A DNA stretch of 64,000 nt from IMG/VR virus record IMGVR_UViG_3300033068_000911, positions 5,537-69,536 of that record. One strand, 5' to 3'. Under the pieces are notes generated by a model. The model was not told the origin of the DNA, made no database searches, and was given only the letters and a program-made list of their open reading frames with translations. A program made the translations under genes and the position numbers. This document shows, in pieces, positions 54,823-63,086 of this stretch (its first letter is position 1; each line of letters starts with the position of its first letter). The stretch comes from a virus. Lineage: Duplodnaviria > Caudoviricetes.

Positions 54823-55298
54823 GACGCGGCGCTGTTCTTCAGGATGATTTCCTGGCGAACCTTGACGAAGTTCACGACCGGAGACTCCACAAGCCGCTTA
54901 GCTTCTTCCATAGCGACATCGAAAGACTCCATAACGGTTGGCCTCGCGACGGAATGTCCGACGCTCACATATAGAGTTACCTTCTCTTCCATATTTCCTT
55001 CCTCATTGAGTGGAGTAATGAATGTTCGATTGATAATCGAAATGGTGGAACCATCATCCGCCAAAGCTGATGCGCTGAAGGGTGTAACGCTGGTGACCGT
55101 ACCCACTTTTTCCACCCCATGTGTTCTGAAGCGCGCCCTCATCCCGACGGTCAGTTTGAACGCATCGCCCTCTTCAGTACCGTTGGCGCGCTGAACAAGC
55201 GGGCCAGTAAGGAGAATCTTGTGATCATTCCAGAGTATCGATTGAATGGAATCCGGGGATGGTACCCCGGCCTTCGACTCATGAAGGATGGCACTCAC
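54819..55298 (-). CDS. Hypothetical protein (may start at 54992)
   Basis: Open frame; internal GAGGAAGGA SD before MEEKVTL. Confidence 0.4.
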   Translation of the reverse strand: MSAILHESKAGVPSPDSIQSILWNDHKILLTGPLVQRANGTEEGDAFKLTVGMRARFRTHGVEKVGTVTSVTPFSASALADDGSTISIINRTFITPLNEEGNMEEKVTLYVSVGHSVARPTVMESFDVAMEEAKRLVESPVVNFVKVRQEIILKNSAAS

Positions 55299-55358
55299 CC
55301 CATCCTCTCCTTTGCAAATGAGGCGCGCTGTAATGCCGTTTGTACCTATAAATGATCT

Positions 55359-55670
55359 TCACTTACTTGCCTTCCTTCGATGTGTGATCGGAAATGCCGC
55401 GATGTTGGCCAGGGCGGGGGGGTCGGCGGCTCGGACTTGCCGCCACGCGAAGCCTGGCGGCGGTTCGCCGTGAAACGCCAGGCCAATGGCTCGTGCTGCG
55501 CTCATCTTCACTACGCCGCCCTCGTGACGCATGCGAAGCATGGGCGTGCCACCCCCCGATGTCGTCGCTTTCAGTGACCTCCTGGCACCGATCCGGCACA
55601 CCTCGCCTGCCTCCGATGCGAGGTAGTTCAGGGCTCCGACGCGACGCCATGCGGGCTCCTCGTCTTCCAT
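55359..55670 (-). CDS. Degenerate NUMOD4-HNH-like protein
   Basis: WRRVGALNYLASEAGEVCR...LKA...LRMRHEG...ARAIGLAFHGEPP...LANI follows the NUMOD4-HNH layout but lacks the catalytic His residues. Confidence 0.5.
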   Translation of the reverse strand: MEDEEPAWRRVGALNYLASEAGEVCRIGARRSLKATTSGGGTPMLRMRHEGGVVKMSAARAIGLAFHGEPPPGFAWRQVRAADPPALANIAAFPITHRRKASK

Positions 55671-55796
55671 GCCCTCATCCTGACACATGGGGGCACATTT
55701 TTGCAAGCTTTTTGGGGTGTCTAGGGAAATCTTGGGCTGTCTAGGGAAATCTAGCGTCAATCCAATACAACAGAGCCCCGAAACGGCCAAAATCGG

Positions 55797-56008
55797 TGCC
55801 CCCCGCGTGCCCCACCACAAATGTCCTATAAAGCCACCCTGAGCAGCCGAAAGGGCCAAAAGTTAGGTAAGCCTTGGGGGCAGGGGGGGCAGTTTCGCTA
55901 TCCTTCCCCCCGCGCCCAGGCGGCAGGCTAGGTAGGGCCGAATTCCGCCCCACCCTGCCCCCTCTTCGCGTTTTCGCAGGTCAAGTGGCACTTTTGGGGG
56001 GGCACGGC
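55797..56008. repeat. G/C-tract locus B (inverted copy of 22931..23143)
   Basis: See locus A; best-matching core 55855..55983. Confidence 0.85.
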
Positions 56009-56216
56009 TTCGAGCCCCCTCCTGCCCCCTCCTGCCCCCCTTTTTGCGCCCCTTTGGGAACCGCCCGTCGGCCCGCCGCGCCCTGGCCCCTCCCCGGCTG
56101 GAAGGGTCGAATTCGCTCATCTCAGGATCGCTGGCTGGCGCTGGGGTCGATCGTGGGTGTCAGTGCCAGCCTGTCTCAGATCGCCGCTCAGGGCGGCTCG
56201 CGTGTAGCCTGGTGCC

Positions 56217-56504
56217 ATGACGACAATCAAGCGACTTCCGGTGCCAGCGGCACCGTCGCTTGTGCGCGCCGACATCCTCGGGCAGTTCGAGAAGATCGAC
56301 GGTCGCCGCTGTGCCCTCGCCGCGATGGAGGGTGCGCGCTACGGGCGTCGCGTCGTCGGAGAGCTCTACGTCGCGGGCGGATATCCCTACGTCGATGTCG
56401 CGTGGGAGCCGGATTGGTACAAAGCGATCATCGCGGGCGAAGGATTGAAACGCCGACCATGGCCAGCCGGATGTGTCTGGATTGAGCAAACCCCCGCCGA
56501 GTAA
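56217..56504 (+). CDS. Lone rightward hypothetical protein
   Basis: 95 aa, followed by a terminator. Confidence 0.55.
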   Translation: MTTIKRLPVPAAPSLVRADILGQFEKIDGRRCALAAMEGARYGRRVVGELYVAGGYPYVDVAWEPDWYKAIIAGEGLKRRPWPAGCVWIEQTPAE

Positions 56505-56519
56505 GTCGGCGGGGGTTTT
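56488..56519 (+). terminator. Intrinsic terminator, possibly bidirectional
   Basis: aaacccccgccga-gtaag-tcggcgggggtttt. Confidence 0.8.
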
Positions 56520-56607
56520 GCCATCCCCCATCGCCTCGGGCCTGCAGCCCACCGCTGCATCACGCCCGGAATCTCGCGCCGCGCCGGAAATCTCCCCTCT
56601 TCGCTCG

Positions 56608-58026
56608 CTACTGCTTCGTTCCTCGCATTCGCTCGCTACGCGGGGAGCCTACTCGCTGTGTCAAATCCGGCGCATTTGAGTGCGCGAAACCGAACTCGGT
56701 GAGGATGTGGCGGCGGCGGGCCGCTTCGGCGCGCTGCAACAGGTTCGTTCCTCGAACGTGGTTGATCCGTGCGATGACTTCATGCCGCGTTCGCCCGCCT
56801 CGCTTCTCGGCTCGGGTGACGATCGCGCACTTGCCCATGTAGCCGGTCGAGACGTCGATCCGGTAGGACACCTCGGCGTCGGAGCCGCCGACCCCTCCGC
56901 CCTGGCCCCTGCCGCATTTCTCGACGTCCTTGTGCGTCTTGGCGAGGCTTGAGCAGGTCTTGAGGTCCGTCTTGCCGACCGACGCACCCACCACGTCGAT
57001 GATGAGCGCCTCTGTCTTGCCTCGACTGAGGCGCAGCACGCGACCGACCATCTGGGTATAGAGAGCCCTGCTGGCCGTTGGCCGGGCAATGACCGCGACT
57101 TCGAGTTGCGGCATGTCGAATCCCTCGGTCAGTACCATGACATTGACGAGCACCTGAATTTGCCCGCGCCGCGTTCGGTGATAGATGAGTTCCCGATCTT
57201 CTGCCTTCGTATCGCCGCTGATGACGGCAGCCGGAATCTTCCGGGTCGTGAAGGCCTTGGCGATCTCCGTCGCCAAGGCGACAGTCGGTGCGAAGACGAC
57301 ACCTTGCTTGTATGGACAATGGTCTCGGTAGGCTTGTGCGACTGCTTCGGGAGCATGCGCGTCCTGCATTGCCTTGCCGAGTTCCGTGGCGCTCAGATCG
57401 CCTGAGCGTGTCTTCCTGACGCCCTCCAGGCGAAGCTCCGACAGGACGACCGTCTTCGTCTTCGGTTTCACGAGATAGCCGTTGTCGATTGCATATCTGA
57501 TGTCTCGGGTATAGACGACTTTCTGCCAAACGTCACCTAGGCCCAGGTCGTCGGATCGTTCGAGCGTCGCCGTGAATCCGGCAACCCTCGTGTCCTTGAA
57601 TCCCCCAAGACCCTTGATCGTCGCCATGTAGGTGTTCGCTACGGCGTGGTGACATTCATCCACGATGACAAGCCCGACTTTGCCGAGCGCTTGGCGTCGA
57701 GCCTCGGAACGTCCGAGCGTTTGGACGCTGGCGACGATGACCTGATTGTCAACCTCATTCCGGGACGCCTTGACGATTCCGACATTTAAGCCTGGATTCC
57801 AGTGCTCGACCTTCTCCTTGGCCTGAGTGACCAGTTCGTCGCGATGCACGAGAACGAGAGCCTTGCTGCCGACATTGCTTCTCAGGTGACGGGTAATCAG
57901 GTTGCTGAAGATGACCGTCTTGCCCATGCCGGTTGGGAGTAGGACAACGAGGCGATTCGCATTGCCTCGTTGCCACTCGGCCTCTAGTGCATTGAGCGCT
58001 TCGGTCTGATAGGGCCGGAGCTTCAT
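56608..58026 (-). CDS. SF2 DEAD/DEAH-box helicase (RadD/Irc3-like)
   Basis: LRPYQ Q-motif, LPTGMGKT, DECHH, TAT, VLTEGFD, QMVGRVLR. Confidence 0.92.
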   Translation of the reverse strand: MKLRPYQTEALNALEAEWQRGNANRLVVLLPTGMGKTVIFSNLITRHLRSNVGSKALVLVHRDELVTQAKEKVEHWNPGLNVGIVKASRNEVDNQVIVASVQTLGRSEARRQALGKVGLVIVDECHHAVANTYMATIKGLGGFKDTRVAGFTATLERSDDLGLGDVWQKVVYTRDIRYAIDNGYLVKPKTKTVVLSELRLEGVRKTRSGDLSATELGKAMQDAHAPEAVAQAYRDHCPYKQGVVFAPTVALATEIAKAFTTRKIPAAVISGDTKAEDRELIYHRTRRGQIQVLVNVMVLTEGFDMPQLEVAVIARPTASRALYTQMVGRVLRLSRGKTEALIIDVVGASVGKTDLKTCSSLAKTHKDVEKCGRGQGGGVGGSDAEVSYRIDVSTGYMGKCAIVTRAEKRGGRTRHEVIARINHVRGTNLLQRAEAARRRHILTEFGFAHSNAPDLTQRVGSPRSERMRGTKQ

Positions 58027-58257
58027 TTAAAATCCTCCCAGATATTCTCGATACTCCTCCTCACATACCGGGGAGCAAATCCTGTTGGCATTCCATTCTT
58101 CGGTGAACTGGTAGGGCATGCCACAATTAGCGCATTTATCCCAGTGCTCACCACGATCCCGGATTCCGATGTTGATCCGGGCGTAGATTCGGTGAATGTG
58201 CAATGAGTTCGGATCGGCCAGAATGGCATCGGGATCGTATGTCTTACCCATCGACAT
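58027..58257 (-). CDS. Small Zn-binding protein
   Basis: CANCG...CSPVC. Confidence 0.5.
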   Translation of the reverse strand: MSMGKTYDPDAILADPNSLHIHRIYARINIGIRDRGEHWDKCANCGMPYQFTEEWNANRICSPVCEEEYREYLGGF

Positions 58258-58546
58258 TGATCCTGTCCAGGATTCCATTAAGAAGCCTGCGTCGCCCTTC
58301 CCTTATCCGTTCATCGTTGCCACGAATGAGATTGGCGAGCGCCCGGATATCTTCACTCTTGTGTTGATATCCTTCGTCCACTTCGGTCAGGAAGCAAAGG
58401 TCTTGGATAAGGCCTGCCAGGGTGAAATCGAGCGCTTCGCTTCCGTTCATTTGGGTAAAGTGGAGAATAGCGCGCCAGTTGCGGATTGTCTTGTTGACGA
58501 TCCTTTCCTCAAGTTCAGAAAAGTTCTCAGCGCTGGATAGATTCAC
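58244..58546 (-). CDS. Hypothetical helical protein
   Basis: GTGA coupling. Confidence 0.5.
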   Translation of the reverse strand: MNLSSAENFSELEERIVNKTIRNWRAILHFTQMNGSEALDFTLAGLIQDLCFLTEVDEGYQHKSEDIRALANLIRGNDERIREGRRRLLNGILDRINVDG

Positions 58547-58788
58547 AATGTCACCTCAATGTGTACTGTGTGCCAGTAGTAGCACGATCCGTCTTCAGTG
58601 AATTCGGCCTTGCGGGAGACGTACACTCTCCCCGTTGCGCCGGGGTAGTCCACAAGGTCTACGGTTTCTGCGATGTATCGCGCATTCCCCTCGCTCAGGA
58701 ACTTCTCTCGCTGATGGTGCGGCACGAGAGTTGTGTCGTCGCCTGCGTGCAACCCGTAGGGTCGCGGGATGATCTCGTTCATGTCCAT
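58543..58788 (-). CDS. Hypothetical protein
   Basis: GGAG SD; operon packing. Confidence 0.5.
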   Translation of the reverse strand: MDMNEIIPRPYGLHAGDDTTLVPHHQREKFLSEGNARYIAETVDLVDYPGATGRVYVSRKAEFTEDGSCYYWHTVHIEVTL

Positions 58789-59060
58789 GTCTCCACATAT
58801 AGGTTGTATTCATATCCGCTGGCCATTGGCAATCGCTCGATGTAGATGTATCCCGTCGCGTTTTCGTAGCGTGGCCGATTGAGATTCATGTGCCTTGCAC
58901 CCTCGATCGCGTCGCGCTCCCTGGTGCAGTAGACATGCTCAACGGGAATCAGGTTCACCTCCGTGCGGCCGATCCCTAAGTCGTTGACGAAAGTTCGGCC
59001 TTCGTCGTCTTTGACGAACCACTGCGCGCTTTCTTCGTAGAGCCTCCGAACTGTGTTCAT
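58779..59060 (-). CDS. Hypothetical protein
   Basis: AAAGGAG SD before ATG at 59060. Confidence 0.55.
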   Translation of the reverse strand: MNTVRRLYEESAQWFVKDDEGRTFVNDLGIGRTEVNLIPVEHVYCTRERDAIEGARHMNLNRPRYENATGYIYIERLPMASGYEYNLYVETWT

Positions 59061-59086
59061 TGCTGGCTCCTTTCTAGTTGCTTGCC

Positions 59087-59114
59087 TTGCCCATGTTCGA
59101 TCGAACATGGGCAA
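59087..59114. terminator. Perfect 28-bp palindrome with a degenerate copy at about 60838..60878
   Basis: ttgcccatgttcga|tcgaacatgggcaa; both copies continue gcaagacgaacgact. Confidence 0.65.
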
Positions 59115-59123
59115 GACGAACGA

Positions 59124-59390
59124 CTAGAAGTGGCTTTCAAGCACATCCCATAGCCGTTCGGGGAACATGAGAACTTCCGCCGTGATGACCTCGGGCGAGA
59201 TGCGTACACCCTTGCTGCATCCCCAGACGACCGGACCATCGGCGTCCCTTTCGACGCTGATCCACGAATCGCCGCGCGCGAATCCGATGACCTCAGGGCG
59301 CTTACGTGACTCCTCGTGAAATCCGTGCTTTTCTGCGAATACTTCCACGATCGCAAGCGCCTCTGCGTTTTTCATCGGAAGCCTTTTCAT
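59124..59390 (-). CDS. Hypothetical protein
   Basis: First gene after the promoter at 59422..59451. Confidence 0.55.
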   Translation of the reverse strand: MKRLPMKNAEALAIVEVFAEKHGFHEESRKRPEVIGFARGDSWISVERDADGPVVWGCSKGVRISPEVITAEVLMFPERLWDVLESHF

Positions 59391-59421
59391 GATGCTCACC
59401 TCTCGTCGTCATTGTGGTGCA

Positions 59422-59451
59422 AGCCTAGCACCCATTGTCTCCGGGTTTCAA
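59422..59451 (-). promoter_or_regulatory. Leftward promoter with conserved leader
   Basis: TTGAAA-N18-TAGGCT, then GCACCACAATGACGACGAGAGG. Confidence 0.7.
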
Positions 59452-59454
59452 CCA

Positions 59455-59802
59455 CTACACCCAGACGATCCGCTTGTGCTTGACCGTCGCCAGGACAGTT
59501 CTGCCGTGCCAGACCTTGCCCGTATCGCCCTTCACGACATAGGCAAGCGGAGACTTGTTCGTAACCGCTGACTTAGGCTGTTTGATGTAGATAATGCGCG
59601 ATCCCCGATCGAACGAGACGAACGAGCGTCCGCCTCGCTTCTTGCCATCCCACCAGCACGCTCCCTGCCCCGTGCCGTCCGATCGCTCGCACGACGCAGT
59701 GATGAGTGTCCGAGAGTCTGCCGATGCGGCAGGGGCTGCGACAGTGGCCACACTGGCCATGAGTGCGACGGTTACCGTCGTTGCTGCGATGCTTGATGTC
59801 AC
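59455..59802 (-). CDS. Secreted Cys-containing protein
   Basis: Sec signal ending APAASA; SCERSDGTGQGACWWDG. Confidence 0.6.
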   Translation of the reverse strand: MTSSIAATTVTVALMASVATVAAPAASADSRTLITASCERSDGTGQGACWWDGKKRGGRSFVSFDRGSRIIYIKQPKSAVTNKSPLAYVVKGDTGKVWHGRTVLATVKHKRIVWV

Positions 59803-59871
59803 GATTCCTCCGTTGCTGAAGTTTGATTCCCCCACCCTCCCCACGTGCAAGACGTGGGGAAGATGCGAGGA

Positions 59872-60765
59872 TCAGATTTCGTCCAAGATTGCGTTGATGA
59901 TCCGCTTCGACGTTCGTGTAATGCGATTGGCAGCCTTGATCACGACATCGGCGTCTCGGTTCGCCCAATGAGCGAGGTAACCAGCAGAATGAGTTTCGGA
60001 GTCGATCCCGAAGTAACGAGCGACGACATATGCTGTACCCTCGGCCTCGACCTGTCCGCGATGCTTGGCATAGTCGAACTCTTCGCCTTCGTGCCCACAG
60101 TGGAGCAGCACGTGCGCCACCTCGTGGACCTTCGTGACGAACTCGGCGGCACTCCCCGCGTCGCGGCGATCCGTGAGGAAAATCTTCTTTGCCTTCGGGT
60201 CGGTGTATCCGGCTGCACTGCCGGTCGCCCCCCGCTCAACTGAGTATCCGAGCGAGCGAATGAACGCATCTAGGCCAGATTCGACGTTCGGGTCAACGTC
60301 ACCCGATGCATCGGTCTCATATGCCTTCGTTGCCGGATTGGCGGGCACGGTTTCGGGACTCTCGACCTGCTGAACATCCCAGACATAGGCCTTGCGGAAA
60401 CCGATGAGCTTTTGCTTGTTCTGACCTTCCACATATCCACCCTCACCGGGCTTGATCTTGACGAGCATCGGCGCGTAGATCGCTAGACCCTTCTCACCCT
60501 TGCGCACTGGGTGCCCCATGTCGCGCCACTTGGCTAACGGCGCGAGCCTCGTTGGGTCGCTCATCTTGCGTCCAGCGCACTGCATGTGTGCTAGCAGAAC
60601 GTTGTTGAACGAGTAATTGTGGAACCTTGCGCACCAGTCGAGATACACAGTCCACGTCTCGTCATCGGAGATGTTCTTGACTGCATCCACGATCTGGCTG
60701 TGCATCGCCTTAAGTTCACCTTCGCGCTGCTCAGGTGACTTGCGAGCCCTTGTTGTCGTTGCCAT
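59872..60765 (-). CDS. ardC: ArdC-like antirestriction/ssDNA-binding protein
   Basis: FHNYSFNNVLL, KWRDMGHPVRKGEKG, YVWDVQQ; C-terminal HEVAH zincin-like motif and EAE...AYVV...SAGYLAHW. Confidence 0.85.
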   Translation of the reverse strand: MATTTRARKSPEQREGELKAMHSQIVDAVKNISDDETWTVYLDWCARFHNYSFNNVLLAHMQCAGRKMSDPTRLAPLAKWRDMGHPVRKGEKGLAIYAPMLVKIKPGEGGYVEGQNKQKLIGFRKAYVWDVQQVESPETVPANPATKAYETDASGDVDPNVESGLDAFIRSLGYSVERGATGSAAGYTDPKAKKIFLTDRRDAGSAAEFVTKVHEVAHVLLHCGHEGEEFDYAKHRGQVEAEGTAYVVARYFGIDSETHSAGYLAHWANRDADVVIKAANRITRTSKRIINAILDEI

Positions 60766-60798
60766 GTCGCCACGCCCTTCCGTCGTTGTTGTGGTGCC

Positions 60799-60830
60799 AG
60801 CTTAGCACCATACATACGGGGAGATGTCAA
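60799..60830 (-). promoter_or_regulatory. Leftward promoter with conserved leader (long spacer)
   Basis: TTGACA-N20-TAAGCT, then GCACCACAACAACGACGGAAGGGCG. Confidence 0.5.
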
Positions 60831-60877
60831 GTCCCTTGCCCTGCCCATGTTGCTAGAACGTGAGCAAGACGAACGAC

Positions 60878-61693
60878 TCAATCCTTGATGAACTCGGCCT
60901 TATTCGGGCGAGTGAAGAAACCGAACTCGACGTCTTCGCGCGACCGCTCAACGCGTGCCGTGAACGTGACCCGCTTGCCTTTGAGGTGGTCAAGCCAGCA
61001 TTCCGGGCCGTAGTCATATACACTCTTGACGGACTCCCGCCATTCGTAGTAGGCCTCTTCGGCAAGGCTACTGGCGAGCGATCCGTAGATACGGAAACCT
61101 CGATCGTCCGCGATAGTCACCTTGTGACTTGATCCCCACTGAGTCTCGACAGACTTGGCGCTTACGATCGTTCCGGTGATGACGCCGCGCCCTTCGATAA
61201 CTTCGGTTTTCGGGCGCGCAGCCTCGGCCTTCTCCTTGTCGATGACCCGCACCATCGCGGCTGCCATCGGTTCGGTCATGAAGCCCTCATTGAGTGCTTT
61301 ATCTCGCATTGAGGTGACGAACGGATTCCGCGTTGCCACGTTGCCCCATTCGTCCACTTCGAGCGATTCAAGATAGGCCATGACTTCGGGGTACTTGCGA
61401 CGCAGGGCATCCACCTTTGCATCACGCTTCGCGACCAGTTCGAGCCGCTTCGCCTCTGCGGCCGCGATTCGCCGCGCCCTGGCCTTCGCCCGCGTCTTCG
61501 CGTGCTTGACTGCTGCATCACGGTCGCCAACTTTGCGACCGAGACGACCCGCAAGGACGCCTCCACAGGCGTAGCAGATCGAATCGAACCCGTTGAACGA
61601 GTACTGTCCCGTCCCGCCGCACCTGCGGCACCCAGCGTAATACTTCCCATTGTGGAAGATGTAGTTGTATCCCTCGATGCCTTCGTTTTTCAT
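60878..61693 (-). CDS. Zn-ribbon + OB-fold-like protein
   Basis: CRRCGGTG...CYACGG; C-terminal ITGTIVSAK...HKVTI...RVTFTARVE. Confidence 0.6.
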   Translation of the reverse strand: MKNEGIEGYNYIFHNGKYYAGCRRCGGTGQYSFNGFDSICYACGGVLAGRLGRKVGDRDAAVKHAKTRAKARARRIAAAEAKRLELVAKRDAKVDALRRKYPEVMAYLESLEVDEWGNVATRNPFVTSMRDKALNEGFMTEPMAAAMVRVIDKEKAEAARPKTEVIEGRGVITGTIVSAKSVETQWGSSHKVTIADDRGFRIYGSLASSLAEEAYYEWRESVKSVYDYGPECWLDHLKGKRVTFTARVERSREDVEFGFFTRPNKAEFIKD

Positions 61694-61731
61694 GATGCAC
61701 GCCCTTTCGTCGTCATTGTGCTTGTGGTGCG

Positions 61732-61760
61732 AGCCTAGCACACGCTGCTAGGTGTGTCAA
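61732..61760 (-). promoter_or_regulatory. Leftward promoter with conserved leader
   Basis: TTGACA-N17-TAGGCT, then GCACCACAAGCACAATGACGACGAAAGGGCG. Confidence 0.75.
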
Positions 61761-61762
61761 GT

Positions 61763-61803
61763 GCCCGTGCCGGGAGTCGAACTCGGCATGCGACCATCCG
61801 GGC
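61763..61803 (-). other. tRNA-elbow mimic (second copy)
   Basis: GCCCG-GATGGTCGCA-TGCCGAG-TTCGACT-CCCGGCA-CGGGC. Confidence 0.6.
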
Positions 61804-61812
61804 TGAGTTGTC

Positions 61813-62466
61813 CTACGTGATTGAGTAACGCTCTCCATGCATCGGCATTACGTATGCCAGGAAGTCCTCATCGGGACCGAAGCCCATGCGAGACAGGCGG
61901 ATCGGATTCCGCTCGCCGCGCCCTTCGATTTGCAGGGCAGCCGTTGATTTCCCATCACCGGGCAGCCGAACACTGCACGCCCTGGCGAGTCTCATGGGAT
62001 CGACTAGCGCGAATTCGCTTTCGCCATTCTTCGCTGTCATCTTGGACATAAGATTTTCAAGCGCTGGCCATTCGCCATCGATTGGCGAACAGGTGAGAGT
62101 CTGGACATGGTTTCCCATGTAGTCGGCAATGTCGAAATGCACATTTCCTGATTCGTGGTCAGTAATCTTGACCAGGCCTCGCGTCCCGACTGCGCGAACG
62201 AGGTTCGTGAGCAATTCCTTACTCAGCAAGACGGACGTTTCGTCACCCGTCACCTCTCGGTCTTCCTTGTCGATGCGGAATCGCATCCGGCCAAGGATGT
62301 ACCGATCGCTCGCCCATGCCGTGAGCAAGCCACCCTTTGTGTGAACTCGAATGTTCCGAAGAATGGGATATGCATTACCCTCGGCCACGGGTACCGCGTA
62401 GAATTTCTGTAGACCCTGAAGTGCCTTCAGTTGGTTCTGGTCAAGCATGAAAGTACCTGCAAACAT
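61813..62466 (-). CDS. DNA polymerase III beta-clamp-like protein (two-domain)
   Basis: YPILRNI, ASDRYILG (compare ATDRYRLA), IDGEWPALENL, C-terminal FLAYVMPM. Confidence 0.75.
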   Translation of the reverse strand: MFAGTFMLDQNQLKALQGLQKFYAVPVAEGNAYPILRNIRVHTKGGLLTAWASDRYILGRMRFRIDKEDREVTGDETSVLLSKELLTNLVRAVGTRGLVKITDHESGNVHFDIADYMGNHVQTLTCSPIDGEWPALENLMSKMTAKNGESEFALVDPMRLARACSVRLPGDGKSTAALQIEGRGERNPIRLSRMGFGPDEDFLAYVMPMHGERYSIT

Positions 62467-62613
62467 GGCGAATACGCCCTTTCGTCGTGTCTTGTGGAAG
62501 TCGATGCGTCTGGCATCTTGCCCCGCACTCATCAGCGATGAGTGCGAGACGAAACGTCAGTAGCCAAATCGTGCGGCGCGTCTCTCAGCCGCGATGATGG
62601 TCGGTGAGCCGCA

Positions 62614-63003
62614 TCATCGGAGAATCGCCGCGTTGCGAGCGAGCACGTCGCGCCCATGAACTACGCGCATCGACGTCGGTTGATCGTCGGTCGAGTAGAT
62701 CGTGATCCGGATCGGGTCGGCGTCGGTCACGGGTCGCTTCGGTGAGCGAACGTGAGCGTATCCGTCGCCCGCGTCGATGTTGATGACGCTCGTTCCGATT
62801 CCGTTGCCGGATCGGCCAGCATCCCAGATACAGGGATCGTCGGTCTCGGAGCCGTCCTCATGGACGCATGCCTGACTTGTGACGATCGGTGCACTTGCGT
62901 GCACCTCGTTTGCGATGGCCTCATCGGCAATCGCAAAAGCGGTCGGTATCGCGATAGCGGCAACAAGCGCCGCATCGAATGCGATATTACGGCCAAGTCT
63001 CAT
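62614..63003 (-). CDS. Secreted Cys-containing protein
   Basis: Signal peptide; ACVHEDGSETDDPCIWDAGRSGNGIG. Confidence 0.6.
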   Translation of the reverse strand: MRLGRNIAFDAALVAAIAIPTAFAIADEAIANEVHASAPIVTSQACVHEDGSETDDPCIWDAGRSGNGIGTSVINIDAGDGYAHVRSPKRPVTDADPIRITIYSTDDQPTSMRVVHGRDVLARNAAILR

Positions 63004-63086
63004 CGGTGAGCCTTTCGTCGTTGATTTCGGTGCAATCTGGCACCTTGCCCCGGACTCATCGCAGCCGATGAGTTCGAGACGAGAGG

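Larger units (their letters stand above)
2976..61484. repeat. Dispersed exact 10-mer GGCCAGGGCG, about 37 copies
   Basis: Manual scan: 18 copies on + and 19 on -; positions listed in the findings. Confidence 0.85.

Noticed and set aside
55741-56485. Pro/Gly/Arg-rich ORFs across locus B, and similar ones across locus A
   Set aside because: They are artefacts of G/C homopolymer tracts in non-coding repeats.
2976-61484. The 10-mer as a stoperator or polar KOPS-type signal
   Set aside because: Cluster A stoperators are oriented with transcription and sit mostly at gene junctions, and KOPS are polarised. Here the left arm has 13 + and 12 - copies and nearly all lie inside genes.
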